DNA of 60,455 nucleotides, the filler included, from Sphacelaria rigidula (lineage: Eukaryota), in assembly GCA_964200075.2 (NCBI GenBank). It is 7 parts of 7 records of this genome, joined end to end, with 100 filler letters (N's around TTAATTAATTAA, not from the genome) between each part and the next. Parts side by side here need not be neighbours in the genome. Positions count along the whole stretch, not along the records: positions 51,907 to 60,455 come from CAXNAA020010811.1; 6 more parts are not named here. One strand, given 5' to 3'. Below the pieces are notes generated by a model. That model saw nothing but the letters and a program-made list of their open reading frames with translations. It did not search any database and was not told the origin of the DNA. Positions 60,454 to 60,455 of this stretch are shown here, one piece after another (positions within the stretch are counted from its first letter, which is position 1; each line of letters starts with the position of its first letter). The position numbers and the translations under genes are program-made.

Positions 60454-60455
60454 CA

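Larger units (their letters stand above)
54866..60455 (+). mobile_element. Ty3/Gypsy LTR retrotransposon (5' LTR, PBS, gag, PR-RT-RH-IN), cut by the contig end
   Basis: Domain order PR, RT (YMDD at 59077), RNase H, integrase zinc finger. Preceded by an LTR and a PBS. Confidence 0.95.

Overview
Eukaryotic nuclear DNA, most likely from a brown alga (Phaeophyceae). This is inferred from an EsV-1-7-repeat gene, long-intron gene structures and the repeat content. The window is not one locus: it is seven unrelated contigs (8553, 8552, 8551, 8551, 8550, 8549 and 8549 bp) joined by artificial 100-bp spacers (N44-TTAATTAATTAA-N44). Recognisable genes are an intronless 12-repeat EsV-1-7 zinc-finger protein, a spliced eIF4E with a GC-AG intron and an atypical first exon, a 5'-partial RFT1, a divergent intronless histone H2A/H2B pair and a partial Rab1. 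The rest is mostly transposon-derived: a Ty3/Gypsy element (5' LTR, PBS, gag, open pol), decayed LINEs, tRNA-derived SINEs, MITEs and a possible DIRS/Ngaro relic. The three most interesting signals are (1) an identical non-canonical 3' stem-loop plus a shared purine-rich downstream element behind both histone genes, (2) two non-LTR repeat families with a shared 3' tail that repeatedly sit in C-rich tracts, and (3) the modular EsV-1-7 array with hypervariable repeat positions.
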